Positions 61,063 to 64,000 of a stretch of DNA of 64,000 nt are shown here, in pieces. Position numbers and translations under genes: made by a program. How positions within the stretch are numbered: position 1 is the first letter of the stretch; each line of letters opens with the position of its first letter. Under the pieces are notes generated by a model, which did no database searches, was not told the DNA's origin, and saw nothing but the letters and a program-made list of their open reading frames with translations. The stretch is taken from assembly GCF_001194135.2 (NCBI RefSeq), contig NC_068981.1, positions 70,236,627 through 70,300,626 of the forward strand, given 5' to 3'. Origin of the DNA: Octopus bimaculoides (taxonomy: Eukaryota).

Positions 61063-61349
61063 TTGAGTAGCCTGAGTTTTTAAAATCCACATTACGACTG
61101 TTTACAATTATGTGTGCATTTTGTGTGAAGGATTTTAATATCCACTTTTAAGTTGAACTAATGTACTGTTGAAACTATGTTAAATTTACTCTTCAAGTAA
61201 AACATTATTTAGCTCTTGAAGAGTAAATTTAACATAGTTTCAACAGTACATTAGTTCAACTTAAAAGTGGATATTAAAATCCTTCACACAAAATGCACAC
61301 ATAATTGTAAACAGTCGTAATGTGGATTTTAAAAACTCAGGCTACTCAA
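61063..61349. repeat. Perfect palindrome: 135-bp arms, about 17-bp spacer
   Basis: 61063-61197 is the exact reverse complement of 61215-61349; I found no mismatch by eye. Confidence 0.95.
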
Positions 61350-62397
61350 TGTATCAGAAGCCAATGTAAAACATGTACAACGTTAAATAAAAAAAAAACG
61401 TATAGCCCCGTATGGCCCTGCATAACCTTGTATAATCCTCTATAGCTCTGTACACTTTTAACAAACACAGAGTCGTATTGGATCTAATAAAGATTTAGAA
61501 TTCCTATTACAGAAATAATGATACTTTAATGACTCAGATTTTGAACATCTTTCTTTGCTATTTTTTTATTAAGCCGTCTCCTTGTAAATGACATAATAAT
61601 GGAGGTGTTATAATCCAAGTATGTTTTCACTCAAAACATATTTCAGGCTTTTGATATTCTTGCTTCAAATGTAAAAGTATATAATTTTTAGAGAATAGAT
61701 AGGGCATATACCTATTTGGCTATAGTGTGTACGCATGAACTGATATCTCTAGCCAGATTCAAAATAACGGGAATGTCTGAAGGTTGCAAAGGACTGAAAA
61801 TTAGTTAATATTTTAGTAAAGAAAATTCTTCTAATAACTCTTAGTCACAATTTAAAAACATCTAAATTTTGGTTTATTCATGCACAAAGAAGTGAAAGCG
61901 GATAGCATAACATTGGTCAATTAGAATTCATATAAACGAGTAGCTAATTATTAATCAATTTAATTAAAACTACAATTCATTTAAAAGATACAACAAATCA
62001 TTTGACGAACAATTTTATTTATCACATCGTGGAAAAAGTATCGACAATGAAATATAATATTGAAAACATTTTCCCATATTCAAATTATCTGTCGTTCCCG
62101 TAATTATGATTTTTATATAAGTAATCTAATTTTGACGTTTCAAATACGTGATTTTGTCAGTTACAGGTTCCATACAACAGAGAAGACTTCTTTGTAAAAC
62201 AATAACCGCATGTATAGAAAGTTGGACAACAGAACGGATGAGAATGTCAACTCCAATAATTAAACGAGAATTTATATTTTGACAACAGAAGTTTCAGTTG
62301 GATTAGTTATTTAAGTTGAGGCACCTCGTTAGGTCGGAATAATATAAACACGCGATAATATTATATAAAGATAAAGCTGTTGAATAGTTCCATCACA

Positions 62398-62776
62398 GTG
62401 GAGGCGCAATGGCCCAGTGGTTAGGGCAGCGGACTCGCGGTCATCGGATCGCGGTTTCGATTCTCAGACCGGACGTTGTGAGTGTTTATTGAGCGAAAAC
62501 ACCTAAAGCTCAACGAGGCTCCGGCAGGGGATGGTGGCGAACCCTGCTGTACTCTTTCACCACAACTTTCTCTTACTTCCTGTTTCTGTTGTGTCTGTAA
62601 TTCAAAGGGTCAGCCTTGTCACACTGTATCACGCTGAATATCTCCGAGAACTACGTTAAGGGTACACGTGTCTGTGGAGTGCTCAGTCACTTGCACGTTA
62701 ATTTCACGAGCAAGCTGTTCCGTTGATCGGATCAACTGGAACCCTCGACGTCGTAAGCGACGGAGTGCCAACAACA
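62398..62776 (+). mobile_element. Full-length young tRNA(Arg)-like SINE with 12-bp target-site duplication (octopus OR-type, by recall)
   Basis: tRNA-like head GGAGGCGCAATGGCCCAGTGGTTAGG..GACTCGCGGTC..GGTTTCGATTC and (ACA)n tail. TSD AGTTCCATCACA at 62386-62397 and 62777-62788. Confidence 0.93.
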
Positions 62777-64000
62777 AGTTCCATCACAAATGACCTTGAT
62801 AATTTAATAGGCTGATGTGACCACAGATAATTTTCTAACCACTTACTAGTATGCAATATGCAACTCCTTTACAGATATACCCCAGACAAACGATGCCGCG
62901 GCTTATTTTATTGTTAGAAGTAGAGATAATTAGGTCACTGAAGGTCGCATATTCCTTCCCTCCAGTAAAAACCCCTACTAACCTCTAAATTTCTCTGATC
63001 TGAATAAATGCACGCTATTTTAGTAAATCCATTCTGTCAATTGAAATAGTAGCAGAATCAGTAAAAATATTTTGCACCATAGATTTTAAAGTATGATAAA
63101 TCATTTGGAAGGTTCTTAATTGTAAATTTCATGTATTCATATGAGGAAAACGGTTTCTTTATAATGATAAAATGAACTCATCAATCAATTAAAGAAGTAG
63201 TTAGAAACGGCCCAAATGACCTGTCCCTCAATTGTTTCTTATTTACATTATATATATATTTTTTTAATAATGTTTGGGAATGTCAAAATCCGAACTTACA
63301 AGGAAATTGAAATCAATAATATCAAATTGAATTTTATAAAGAAAAATATATTAATAATTTAGAGAAAAACCACCAAGCTGCAATTCAAACAATGAAGGAG
63401 ATCAGACACCGTCAAGAAAAACGAACTCTTCAAAATACTGATTTAAAAAACTATAAAATCCAAAAGAAAATTTATAATCCATAAAATCTATAAAATATTA
63501 GATAAAAAAATTTAATTCAGTTTAGTAACTTCATAAAAACGAAAGTAAACAATAGACTACGCGCGTTTCGTGGGTCACATAATAGTGGAAAAGATCTGTG
63601 CAATTTACAATACATCGATCAAGATAGTTTCACTCAGAATGAAGACACTCTTAATGTCTTGTAAATTCAAAAAACGTATCCTATGCAAATAAAATAAAAT
63701 AGGAAAAAGTAGAAATATCTCTACGATTAGGAAAGCAATTATTAGTAGAATACATAAAATGTCAAGGTTTTATAATAATAATCATCTGTCAAGTTAAAGG
63801 CATAATTCTTCTAATGAAGAAATACTTTCTGTGGATTAAGAATAGGAAAACATGAAAAGATAGTGTAATTAACTATTGAATCAATTCGGACGTTCAACAG
63901 TATTAATAAAAAGAACAGCATCACTTATCTTATCGAAGATTACCCATGAAGCGTAGAATTTATACGATGTGTGTCACGTGACAAAATAGCGTTCCTTAGT

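Noticed and set aside
62398-62475. tRNA-Arg gene
   Set aside because: The tRNA-like head is continuous with a SINE body, tail and TSD, and the cloverleaf is imperfect.

Overview
This is eukaryotic, AT-rich, repeat-dominated DNA from a gapped scaffold, with about 12 N-runs that mostly sit at TA/CA microsatellites. The SINE families and microsatellite spectrum match octopus (coleoid cephalopod) genomic DNA; that assignment is inference, not a database result. I recognise no intact host protein-coding gene, rRNA, tRNA or CRISPR array, and most listed ORFs are microsatellite read-throughs or broken transposon frames. The window holds decayed transposons: two mariner relics, an RTE LINE, a near-full-length CR1/L2-group LINE with a triple-CCCH ORF1 and an inserted MITE, five R4/Dong-type pieces at (TAA)n tracts, a Helitron PIF1-helicase fragment, a Ty3/Gypsy relic with one LTR and PPT, many tRNA-derived SINEs, and at least six Penelope-like element (PLE) relics. 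Main points of interest: (1) three PLE relics with long Asn/Thr/Ser-rich tracts around the linker that precedes the GIY-YIG endonuclease, one with an inverted pseudo-LTR pair carrying minimal hammerhead motifs; (2) head-to-tail Dong-like elements at (TAA)n; (3) a perfect 135-bp-arm palindrome and several other long hairpins; (4) two unrelated 66-bp tandem arrays; (5) an unidentified decayed ORF beside the Helitron. All family calls come from manual translation and remembered consensus motifs, and coordinates of decayed elements are approximate.
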